A stretch of DNA of 64,000 bases from Escherichia coli O127:H6 str. E2348/69 (GTDB taxonomy: Bacteria; Pseudomonadota; Gammaproteobacteria; Enterobacterales; Enterobacteriaceae), in NCBI RefSeq assembly GCF_000026545.1, contig NC_011601.1; one strand, written 5' to 3'. The position numbers and the translations under genes are program-made. Below, one piece after another: positions 1 to 9,520 of the stretch. Each line of letters begins with the position of its first letter. Position 1 is the stretch's first letter. The notes below the pieces were generated by a model, which was not told where the DNA came from, did not search any database, and worked only from the letters and a program-made list of their open reading frames with translations.

Positions 1-1
1 C

Positions 2-673
<672 letters not shown>

Positions 674-688
674 TAAGGAGTTTTGATT

Positions 689-994
689 ATGACCGTACGT
701 ATTCTGGCTGTGTGTGGTAACGGACAAGGCAGTTCCATGATCATGAAAATGAAAGTGGACCAGTTTTTAACCCAGTCGAACATCGACCACACGGTAAACA
801 GCTGCGCGGTTGGCGAATACAAAAGCGAGTTGAGCGGTGCGGATATCATCATCGCTTCTACCCATATTGCGGGCGAAATCACCGTGACCGGCAACAAATA
901 TGTGGTTGGCGTGCGCAACATGCTCTCTCCTGCTGATTTTGGCCCGAAACTGCTGGAAGTGATCAAAGAGCATTTCCCGCAGGACGTGAAGTAA
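689..994 (+). CDS. ulaB: PTS ascorbate-specific EIIB component
   Basis: ORF 683-994; product [22 protein letters not shown]... with the CGNGxGSS phospho-cysteine motif; ATG at 689. Confidence 0.9.
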
Positions 995-1003
995 GGACGC
1001 GCC

Positions 1004-1468
1004 ATGAAATTACGTGATTCGCTGGCTGAAAATAAATCTATCCGCCTGCAAGCGGAAGCAGAGACATGGCAGGACGCAGTGAAAATCGGCGTTGATCTGC
1101 TGGTAGCGGCAGATGTGGTAGAGCCGCGTTACTACCAGGCGATTCTGGATGCGGTTGAACAGCACGGCCCGTACTTTGTGCTCGCACCCGGCCTGGCAAT
1201 GCCGCACGGACGCCCGGAAGAGGGGGTTAAGAAAACTGGTTTTGCGCTGGTGACGCTGAAAAAGCCGCTGGAGTTCAACCACGAAGATAACGATCCGGTG
1301 GATATCCTCATCACCATGGCGGCGGTTGATGCCAACACTCACCAGGAAGTGGGCATCATGCAGATCGTCAACCTGTTTGAAGATGAAGAGAATTTCGACC
1401 GTTTACGTGCCTGCCGTACCGAGCAGGAAGTACTGGATCTCATTGACCGCACCAACGCGGCAGCTTAA
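1004..1468 (+). CDS. ulaC: PTS ascorbate-specific EIIA component
   Basis: 154-aa [19 protein letters not shown]..., position in ula operon. Confidence 0.9.
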   Translation: MKLRDSLAENKSIRLQAEAETWQDAVKIGVDLLVAADVVEPRYYQAILDAVEQHGPYFVLAPGLAMPHGRPEEGVKKTGFALVTLKKPLEFNHEDNDPVDILITMAAVDANTHQEVGIMQIVNLFEDEENFDRLRACRTEQEVLDLIDRTNAAA

Positions 1469-1481
1469 GAAGGAATTGAAC

Positions 1482-2132
1482 ATGTCATTACCGATGTTAC
1501 AAGTCGCGCTGGACAACCAGACTATGGATAGCGCCTACGAAACCACTCGCCTGATTGCCGAAGAAGTCGACATTATCGAAGTGGGCACCATTCTTTGCGT
1601 AGGCGAAGGCGTGCGTGCGGTTCGTGACCTGAAAGCGCTGTACCCGCACAAAATCGTACTGGCTGACGCCAAAATTGCCGATGCAGGAAAAATCCTTTCT
1701 CGCATGTGCTTCGAAGCCAACGCTGACTGGGTGACCGTAATTTGCTGTGCGGATATCAACACCGCCAAAGGCGCGCTGGACGTGGCAAAAGAGTTTAATG
1801 GCGACGTGCAGATCGAACTGACCGGCTACTGGACCTGGGAACAGGCGCAGCAGTGGCGCGACGCAGGCATTGGGCAGGTGGTTTATCACCGCAGCCGTGA
1901 CGCGCAGGCCGCAGGCGTGGCATGGGGCGAAGCGGATATCACCGCGATCAAACGTCTTTCCGATATGGGCTTCAAAGTTACCGTCACTGGTGGTCTGGCG
2001 CTGGAAGATCTGCCGTTGTTTAAAGGCATTCCGATTCATGTGTTTATCGCTGGTCGCAGCATTCGTGATGCCGCTTCTCCGGTGGAGGCCGCACGTCAGT
2101 TCAAACGTTCCATCGCTGAACTGTGGGGCTAA
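1482..2132 (+). CDS. ulaD: 3-keto-L-gulonate-6-phosphate decarboxylase
   Basis: Internal ATG at 1482 of ORF 1326-2132 preceded by AAGGA; product [36 protein letters not shown]... (216 aa). Confidence 0.9.
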   Translation: MSLPMLQVALDNQTMDSAYETTRLIAEEVDIIEVGTILCVGEGVRAVRDLKALYPHKIVLADAKIADAGKILSRMCFEANADWVTVICCADINTAKGALDVAKEFNGDVQIELTGYWTWEQAQQWRDAGIGQVVYHRSRDAQAAGVAWGEADITAIKRLSDMGFKVTVTGGLALEDLPLFKGIPIHVFIAGRSIRDAASPVEAARQFKRSIAELWG

Positions 2133-2141
2133 GGAGCGGAT

Positions 2142-2996
2142 ATGTTGTCCAAACAAATCCCGCTTGGCATCTACGAAAAAGCACTCCCCGCTGGGGAGTG
2201 CTGGCTGGAACGACTGCAACTGGCAAAAACGTTAGGCTTCGATTTTGTCGAGATGTCAGTAGATGAAACGGACGATCGCCTTTCGCGCCTCGACTGGAGC
2301 CGCGAGCAGCGTCTGGCACTGGTGAATGCGATTGTTGAAACCGGCGTGCGCGTACCGTCCATGTGCCTTTCTGCTCATCGTCGTTTCCCGCTGGGAAGCG
2401 AAGATGACGCGGTGCGGGCCCAGGGGCTGGAGATTATGCGTAAAGCTATCCAGTTCGCCCAGGACGTCGGCATTCGCGTGATCCAACTGGCGGGCTATGA
2501 CGTTTACTATCAGGAAGCCAATAACGAAACGCGTCGTCGTTTTCGTGACGGCCTGAAAGAGAGCGTTGAGATGGCGAGCCGCGCGCAGGTCACACTGGCG
2601 ATGGAGATCATGGATTACCCATTGATGAACTCCATCAGCAAGGCGCTGGGCTACGCACACTATCTCAACAATCCGTGGTTCCAGCTCTACCCGGATATCG
2701 GCAACCTGTCGGCGTGGGACAACGACGTGCAGATGGAGTTGCAGGCTGGAATCGGGCACATCGTCGCGGTGCATGTGAAAGACACCAAACCAGGCGTCTT
2801 CAAAAACGTGCCGTTTGGCGAAGGCGTAGTGGATTTCGAACGTTGCTTCGAAACGCTCAAACAGAGTGGCTATTGCGGGCCGTACCTGATTGAGATGTGG
2901 AGCGAAACGGCGGAAGACCCGGCGGCAGAAGTAGCGAAAGCGCGTGATTGGGTGAAAGCGCGCATGGCCAAAGCAGGCATGGTGGAGGCGGCATAA
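2142..2996 (+). CDS. ulaE: L-ribulose-5-phosphate 3-epimerase
   Basis: 284-aa [45 protein letters not shown]...; sugar-phosphate isomerase/epimerase TIM-barrel. Confidence 0.9.
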   Translation: MLSKQIPLGIYEKALPAGECWLERLQLAKTLGFDFVEMSVDETDDRLSRLDWSREQRLALVNAIVETGVRVPSMCLSAHRRFPLGSEDDAVRAQGLEIMRKAIQFAQDVGIRVIQLAGYDVYYQEANNETRRRFRDGLKESVEMASRAQVTLAMEIMDYPLMNSISKALGYAHYLNNPWFQLYPDIGNLSAWDNDVQMELQAGIGHIVAVHVKDTKPGVFKNVPFGEGVVDFERCFETLKQSGYCGPYLIEMWSETAEDPAAEVAKARDWVKARMAKAGMVEAA

Positions 2997-3676
2997 TGCA
3001 AAAGCTGAAACAGCAGGTGTTTGAGGCCAACATGGAGCTGCCGCGTTACGGGTTGGTGACCTTTACCTGGGGCAACGTCAGCGCTATTGACCGTGAACGC
3101 GGGCTGGTGGTGATCAAGCCCAGCGGTGTCGCCTACGAAACCATGAAAGCGGACGATATGGTAGTGGTCGATATGAGCGGCAAGGTGGTGGAAGGGGAAT
3201 ATCGCCCGTCTTCCGACACCGCCACGCATCTCGAACTCTACCGTCGTTATCCGTCGCTTGGTGGTATTGTCCATACCCACTCCACTCATGCTACCGCATG
3301 GGCGCAGGCGGGGCTGGCGATCCCGGCGTTAGGCACCACGCACGCCGACTACTTCTTTGGCGATATCCCGTGTACGCGCGGATTAAGCGAAGTGCAGGGC
3401 GAGTACGAACTGAACACCGGCAAAGTAATTATCGAAACGCTGGGCAACGCCGAGCCGCTGCATACACCGGGGATTGTGGTGTACCAGCACGGGCCGTTCG
3501 CCTGGGGGAAAGATGCTCACGATGCGGTGCATAACGCGGTGGTGATGGAAGAAGTGGCAAAAATGGCGTGGATTGCCCGCGGCATTAACCCACAATTGAA
3601 TCACATCGACAGCTATCTTATGAATAAACACTTCATGCGTAAGCATGGTCCCAACGCTTATTACGGGCAGAAGTAA
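2996..3676 (+). CDS. ulaF: L-ribulose-5-phosphate 4-epimerase
   Basis: ATG overlaps the ulaE stop (TAATG); product [45 protein letters not shown]... (class II aldolase/epimerase fold). Confidence 0.9.
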   Translation: MQKLKQQVFEANMELPRYGLVTFTWGNVSAIDRERGLVVIKPSGVAYETMKADDMVVVDMSGKVVEGEYRPSSDTATHLELYRRYPSLGGIVHTHSTHATAWAQAGLAIPALGTTHADYFFGDIPCTRGLSEVQGEYELNTGKVIIETLGNAEPLHTPGIVVYQHGPFAWGKDAHDAVHNAVVMEEVAKMAWIARGINPQLNHIDSYLMNKHFMRKHGPNAYYGQK

Positions 3677-3746
3677 AACACGCGCTGCGGAAATTTCCTT
3701 CTTCGGGAGATAACTGGTCTAATTCCGCAGCCGTTTTTCAAAAAAA

Positions 3747-3764
3747 GCCCCCTGCGAAGGGGGC
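3747..3764. terminator. GC-rich hairpin (gccccctgcgaagggggc) between convergent ulaF and yjfY, flanked by A/T runs; likely bidirectional intrinsic terminator
   Basis: Perfect 7-bp stem with 4-nt loop, preceded by tttttcaaaaaaa. Confidence 0.6.
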
Positions 3765-3804
3765 AAAGCAAACTATGGCAATGTTTCGTTGGTTATACCT
3801 GGTG

Positions 3805-4080
3805 CTAGCGATAAATATCCGCGCTGGCGTGCATATTGCCGTTACTTCCCGGTTCCCGCATCAGAATCACGTGGTAGTACGTTGCGCCCTGCGCATCTGT
3901 TTCTTCATTTAATGCCTGACGTGCTTCACTTTCAGTGGCGAAATTATGATTGATATAAATCACGCCTAAGCTTTGCACATCATCCATATTTCTGGCCTGG
4001 TGGTTATTAATTTCAATGGCTGCCCATGTATTTGCACTTAGCAAAAGCACAGCCAGAAGGGCTAAAACTCGACTGAACAT
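3805..4080 (-). CDS. yjfY: Small secreted protein of unknown function (DUF1471-like)
   Basis: Internal start of ORF 3805-4149 giving a 91-aa product MFSRVLALLAVLLLSANTWAA... with signal peptide. Confidence 0.8.
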   Translation of the reverse strand: MFSRVLALLAVLLLSANTWAAIEINNHQARNMDDVQSLGVIYINHNFATESEARQALNEETDAQGATYYHVILMREPGSNGNMHASADIYR

Positions 4081-4388
4081 AGATACCTCCTCGACGGCTG
4101 ACTTTATGTGCTCTCCTCTGTGATGATCTTCTGATTTAATTTTAATCAATGATAAAGAAGTTGATGGTGACCATTTCTGATGCAGTTGTTCAAAAAAACA
4201 CCATGATGAATTGTGATGAACTCCAAATCAGCGGTTTAGAGGTTATTTGCGAAAGGGGAGATTTATTTCGGCTCTGCCCTTGAGTTTAGCGGGGTATGTC
4301 AGTACTATAACGCGTCATTTTTCAGCCGACCTTTAACACGTTCCTTGCCTCCCCGGGATTCGGCTGACCCAGACAGGAGGCTGAATAA

Positions 4389-4802
<414 letters not shown>

Positions 4803-4808
4803 TTTCTG

Positions 4809-5355
<547 letters not shown>

Positions 5356-5384
5356 TCGGTCACGGTCCATTAATACGACTTTGA

Positions 5385-5846
<462 letters not shown>

Positions 5847-5868
5847 TTCGTTATTCAACGAGACGTAA

Positions 5869-5896
5869 AAACGCCGACCAGTGGTCGGCGTTTTGC
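5869..5896 (+). terminator. Intrinsic terminator of the rpsF-priB-rpsR-rplI operon
   Basis: aaaaacgccgaccagtggtcggcgttttgctttt: 9-bp stem, 3-nt loop, T-tract. Confidence 0.8.
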
Positions 5897-6206
5897 TTTT
5901 AAGTGATAAAAACCGCAGAAACAGACGTTCCCTCCATAAATCTCTTGTTATTCCTTTTATAAAAAGTTCGCAGTACCCATACCTGGCCCCCAGCCTCGCC
6001 GCTGGTAGTTCGTGTCATGTTTTTTACGCGTAAAACACGACAAAAGCATCAATACAGCGATCGTCTCCCTTGTATGATAATAAAAACAATATGTTATATA
6101 TGAATGTGCTGTTATTTTATTGTTTTTATATATAAAAGGATAAAATATCATCACTTTCGTAATCTTGAACGCTTTGCAGGTGCGTTCAATCCAATAAATG
6201 CTAATA

Positions 6207-6227
6207 TTATGGCTATCATAGCCATAA
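6207..6227. promoter_or_regulatory. 21-bp perfect palindrome TTATGGCTAT-C-ATAGCCATAA about 20 bp upstream of the HTH gene start; candidate autoregulatory operator
   Basis: Read directly from the sequence; flanked by two 22-bp direct repeats (about 6125-6146 and 6226-6247). Confidence 0.5.
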
Positions 6228-6247
6228 AAAGATAAAATATTATCACT

Positions 6248-6727
6248 ATGGGTAAAAAAACAGCACCGTTACTCCCTTATACGAATCAGATGCTTAGTGA
6301 ATTTGGTGAGCGGCTGAAACTTGCTCGTTTACGACGCAGGCTTACCGCAAAGCAAGTTGCTGAACGTGCTGGGATGTCGCCAATAACATTGCGCTCTCTG
6401 GAGTCAGGAAGTGCAGGGGTCACGATAGGGGCATATTTGTCTGTGATGCAGGTTTTGGGCCTGGAAACGGATTTAAATAAGCTTGCAGCTGAAGACGACT
6501 TAGGGCGTCAGCTCCAGGATTCCCGTTTGATTAAAAAAAGAGGGCTTTCTCGTTCATCAGGTAAAAATGAAGAAGGTATTCAGACAGACCCTTTTCAAAC
6601 GAGGTATGAGAAAGAAGGTTTACTCACCACGGATTTAACAGCACTGGCAGAAGGCTCAACGCCATCTATTACAGGAGAAACATCAACCTCTCTTGCAGCA
6701 CTATTAAAACCGATAAAAAACCGTTAA
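6248..6727 (+). CDS. Xre/Cro-type helix-turn-helix DNA-binding protein with long low-complexity C-terminal tail; HipB-like regulator of the downstream split-kinase module
   Basis: 159-aa ORF; N-terminal [32 protein letters not shown] is a classic Xre HTH; first gene of a three-gene co-directional cluster. Confidence 0.7.
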   Translation: MGKKTAPLLPYTNQMLSEFGERLKLARLRRRLTAKQVAERAGMSPITLRSLESGSAGVTIGAYLSVMQVLGLETDLNKLAAEDDLGRQLQDSRLIKKRGLSRSSGKNEEGIQTDPFQTRYEKEGLLTTDLTALAEGSTPSITGETSTSLAALLKPIKNR

Positions 6728-6740
6728 AAGGAAATTAATT

Positions 6741-7001
6741 ATGGCATTAATCGGAGTGTATGCGGATTGGGAAGGCCTGGATGGTCCGGAGCGGATTGGT
6801 TATTTACACAGTCGCCGCACTCGGACGCGTGAGATATTTGAGTTTGAGTACGATAAAAAGGCGCTTGCAGATCCTTCACTTAATTTCATTCAGTTAGATC
6901 CTGAAATAATGTTGTATGAGGGAGCACAGTACCCAATTCCTCCAAAGGATAAATTTGGTGCATTTAGTGATTCCTGCCCGGATCGTTGGGGCGTATGCTA
7001 A
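6741..7001 (+). CDS. HipA N-terminal subdomain-like small protein (HipS-like putative antitoxin)
   Basis: 86-aa ORF with AAGGA 8 nt upstream; contains ...FGAFSDSCPDRWG, resembling the conserved motif of HipA N-terminal domains; stop overlaps the next start (TAATG). Confidence 0.55.
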   Translation: MALIGVYADWEGLDGPERIGYLHSRRTRTREIFEFEYDKKALADPSLNFIQLDPEIMLYEGAQYPIPPKDKFGAFSDSCPDRWGVC

Positions 7002-8008
7002 TGAAGCGTCGTTTTGAGAGGGATATTCGAGACGGGTTATGTGATAAAGACTCCCACCTTTATGAGTCTGATTATCTACTAGGTGTTCATGATCTTTATC
7101 GGGTTGGGGCTCTTCGATACAAACGTGAAGACGCTGGAGAGTTTCTTGATAATCGCATTGATGTTGCAGCCCCACCATTTACCGAAATAGCGAGTCTGGA
7201 AAGGGCTAGCCGGGCAATTGAAGAAGATCCTGATAATAAAGAGCTAATGGGGCAAAAATGGTTAAGAATGCTAATCGCTCCGGGGGGATCATTAGGGGGG
7301 GCACGTCCGAAAGCCAGTGTTGTTGATGAAGCTGGGCATCTCTACATCGCTAAATTTCCCAGTGTAAAAGATGAGTATGATGTTGGTGGATGGGAAATGG
7401 TCGTTAATGCACTTGCTGTTGGCTGTGGACTGAATGTTGCACCTGCTCAGGCGCATAAATTTGCCAGCAATTACCATTGTTTTATGGTTCGTCGTTTTGA
7501 CCGCACTAATGCGGGAAGGCGTCTGCATTTTGCTTCGGCTATGACACTAACCAGGCATCAGGATGGTGAAGATGCCTCTACAGGTGTGAGTTATCTGGAA
7601 TTAGCAGATGTTCTTATCAGGCATGGCGCGCAGACTAATACTGATCTTAAGGAACTCTGGTCCAGGATTGTTTTTAATATTCTTGTTTCTAATACCGATG
7701 ACCATTTACGTAATCATGGATATATCTTGATACCGGGAAAAGGTTGGCGGCTTTCTGAGGCATATGATTTGAATCCTGTTGCCAGGTCTGACGGTCTAAA
7801 ACTCAATATTACAGAAAATGATAATGCACTTGATTTGGAATTAGCTCGAGAAGTTGCGGAGTATTTTCGACTTGGTTTGACAGAAGCAGATGACATTATT
7901 GCTAATTTTAGAGGGATTGTCAGTCAGTGGCGAATCATTGCCGAGCGTCTTCGATTACCTGGTCGTGAGCAAGAGTTAATGGCAGAGGCGTTCAGGGGGG
8001 CAATTTAG
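7001..8008 (+). CDS. HipA-family Ser/Thr kinase core (HipT-like putative toxin)
   Basis: 335 aa from ATG 7001 (ORF 6986-8008); Gly-rich loop GGSLGGARPKAS, catalytic-loop-like VSNTDDHLRNHG and downstream AYDLNP at HipA-like spacing. Confidence 0.65.
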   Translation: MKRRFERDIRDGLCDKDSHLYESDYLLGVHDLYRVGALRYKREDAGEFLDNRIDVAAPPFTEIASLERASRAIEEDPDNKELMGQKWLRMLIAPGGSLGGARPKASVVDEAGHLYIAKFPSVKDEYDVGGWEMVVNALAVGCGLNVAPAQAHKFASNYHCFMVRRFDRTNAGRRLHFASAMTLTRHQDGEDASTGVSYLELADVLIRHGAQTNTDLKELWSRIVFNILVSNTDDHLRNHGYILIPGKGWRLSEAYDLNPVARSDGLKLNITENDNALDLELAREVAEYFRLGLTEADDIIANFRGIVSQWRIIAERLRLPGREQELMAEAFRGAI

Positions 8009-8104
8009 AATAGTTATTTTGATATATTCGCTAAATCATAAATTTGCGAAGCAATGCCAGTAGATACTGAACGTTTTGGAAGAGACGTTTAATTTATGAG
8101 AAAA

Positions 8105-8141
8105 ATAGAAACGCTACAAAGCTAAATTATAGCGTTTCTAT
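8105..8141. terminator. Inverted repeat (atagaaacgct / agcgtttctat) between convergent kinase gene and MFS transporter gene; probable bidirectional terminator
   Basis: 11-bp arms with about 15-nt loop in AT-rich context. Confidence 0.45.
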
Positions 8142-8150
8142 GTAAAATAA

Positions 8151-9428
8151 TTAGCTTGTCGCTAACTGTACTTGTGGTTCTTCGTCTTTAACTTTGATAA
8201 GCATCCACAGCGCAATGGCGCCAATAATGTCAAAGAAAGCCAGGGCAATAAAGAACGGCGCGAAGCCAATAATGTGAACGAATGCCCCGATAAACAGGTT
8301 GAAAATCAACTGACCGCTCCATGCACAGGCTCCTGCCATACCCACAGCGGTAGCTACTTCGTCTTTTTTGAATAGGTCACCGCCCAGAGTTGCTGCAACA
8401 GTAGAAAGACATTGATGCGAGAATGCGCCAATGCTAATCAGTAATACGGCGATGTAGGGATTTTCGACAATACTCACCAGACCAATCGTCATCATAATGA
8501 CGGCTGCAATAGTGAAGGTAATTCTTCGTGAGTTAATTAAACTCACGCCGCGATCGTGGAAGAACTTCGCGACAAAACCACTGGCTAAACAGCCGAGATC
8601 GCCCAGCAGGAAAGGCAGCCAGACGAACATGGCAATTTCTTTCAGGCTAAAATGCAGCGTTTCGACGAAGAAAATCGGTACCCAGAAGTTAATGGTTCCC
8701 CATGCCGGGTCAGCGAGAAAACGCGCGATGCCAATCCCCCAGAAATTACGTTGGCTGAGGATATGCTTGATTGACGTTTTTTCTTTCTTATCTGTTTTAA
8801 GATGCTGTTCTTGCCCAGACTCAATATAGTGGCGCTCTTCATCAGAAAGGCGTTTAGCATCTTTTGGATCTTTATAACAAAAGAACCAAAATAAAGCCGC
8901 GAGTAAAGCAAGGCTACCTGAGACAATAAACGCAAATTGCCAGCTATGAAACATAATGCACCAGGCAATCAACGGTGGAGCAAGCATCGCGCCGAGTGAG
9001 GTGCCCATATTGAAAACACCTGTCGCCACGCCACGCTCTTTTGCCGGGAACCATGTTGATGCGGTTTTTACACCCGCAGGAATTGCCGATGCTTCGCTGA
9101 AACCCATCAGGGCGCGCATAAATGCCAGACCTGACCATGTTCCTGTCAAGGCATGCCCCATTGTCGCCAGGCCCCAGATTGCGGCACATATCGCAAAACT
9201 TAACTTCAGACCCACGGTATCAATAAAGAAGCCCATTATCGGTTGCCCCAATGTATAGGCCAACTGGAATGCACTGACAATCCATGAATATTGTTCTTTG
9301 GTTATTCCGGTTGTCTCCATAATCGTTGGAGCCGCAATACCTAACGCCGTTCTGTCCAGATAATTGATTACAGTGATAAAGCATACGAGGGCAATCATAT
9401 GCCATCGATAATTCTTTATTTTATTCAT
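8151..9428 (-). CDS. MFS transporter, anion:cation symporter (ExuT/GudP-like) family; probable organic-acid importer
   Basis: 425-aa ORF, about 12 predicted TM segments, N-terminal ...YLDRTALGIAAP... typical of hexuronate/aldarate-type MFS permeases. Confidence 0.75.
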   Translation of the reverse strand: MNKIKNYRWHMIALVCFITVINYLDRTALGIAAPTIMETTGITKEQYSWIVSAFQLAYTLGQPIMGFFIDTVGLKLSFAICAAIWGLATMGHALTGTWSGLAFMRALMGFSEASAIPAGVKTASTWFPAKERGVATGVFNMGTSLGAMLAPPLIAWCIMFHSWQFAFIVSGSLALLAALFWFFCYKDPKDAKRLSDEERHYIESGQEQHLKTDKKEKTSIKHILSQRNFWGIGIARFLADPAWGTINFWVPIFFVETLHFSLKEIAMFVWLPFLLGDLGCLASGFVAKFFHDRGVSLINSRRITFTIAAVIMMTIGLVSIVENPYIAVLLISIGAFSHQCLSTVAATLGGDLFKKDEVATAVGMAGACAWSGQLIFNLFIGAFVHIIGFAPFFIALAFFDIIGAIALWMLIKVKDEEPQVQLATS

Positions 9429-9520
9429 TTTTAAACCTTTTAATTATATTAATAAACCCTGGTTATTGGTATTTCCATGTAATAGGCAATAAAAATCAGG
9501 TACAGAGGAAATATTGAAAA

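Noticed and set aside
5957-6154. 65-aa minus-strand ORF in the AT-rich spacer upstream of the HTH gene
   Set aside because: No ribosome-binding site, aromatic/AT-codon-biased translation; region is better explained as promoter/operator DNA. A small regulatory peptide cannot be fully excluded.
6986-7000. Alternative TTG start for the kinase ORF at 6986 (MGRMLMKRRF…)
   Set aside because: The ATG at 7001 overlapping the upstream stop (TAATG) is the more conventional coupled start, and the upstream frame is closed by TAG/TGA immediately before 6986; the TTG start adds only 5 residues and lacks a ribosome-binding site.
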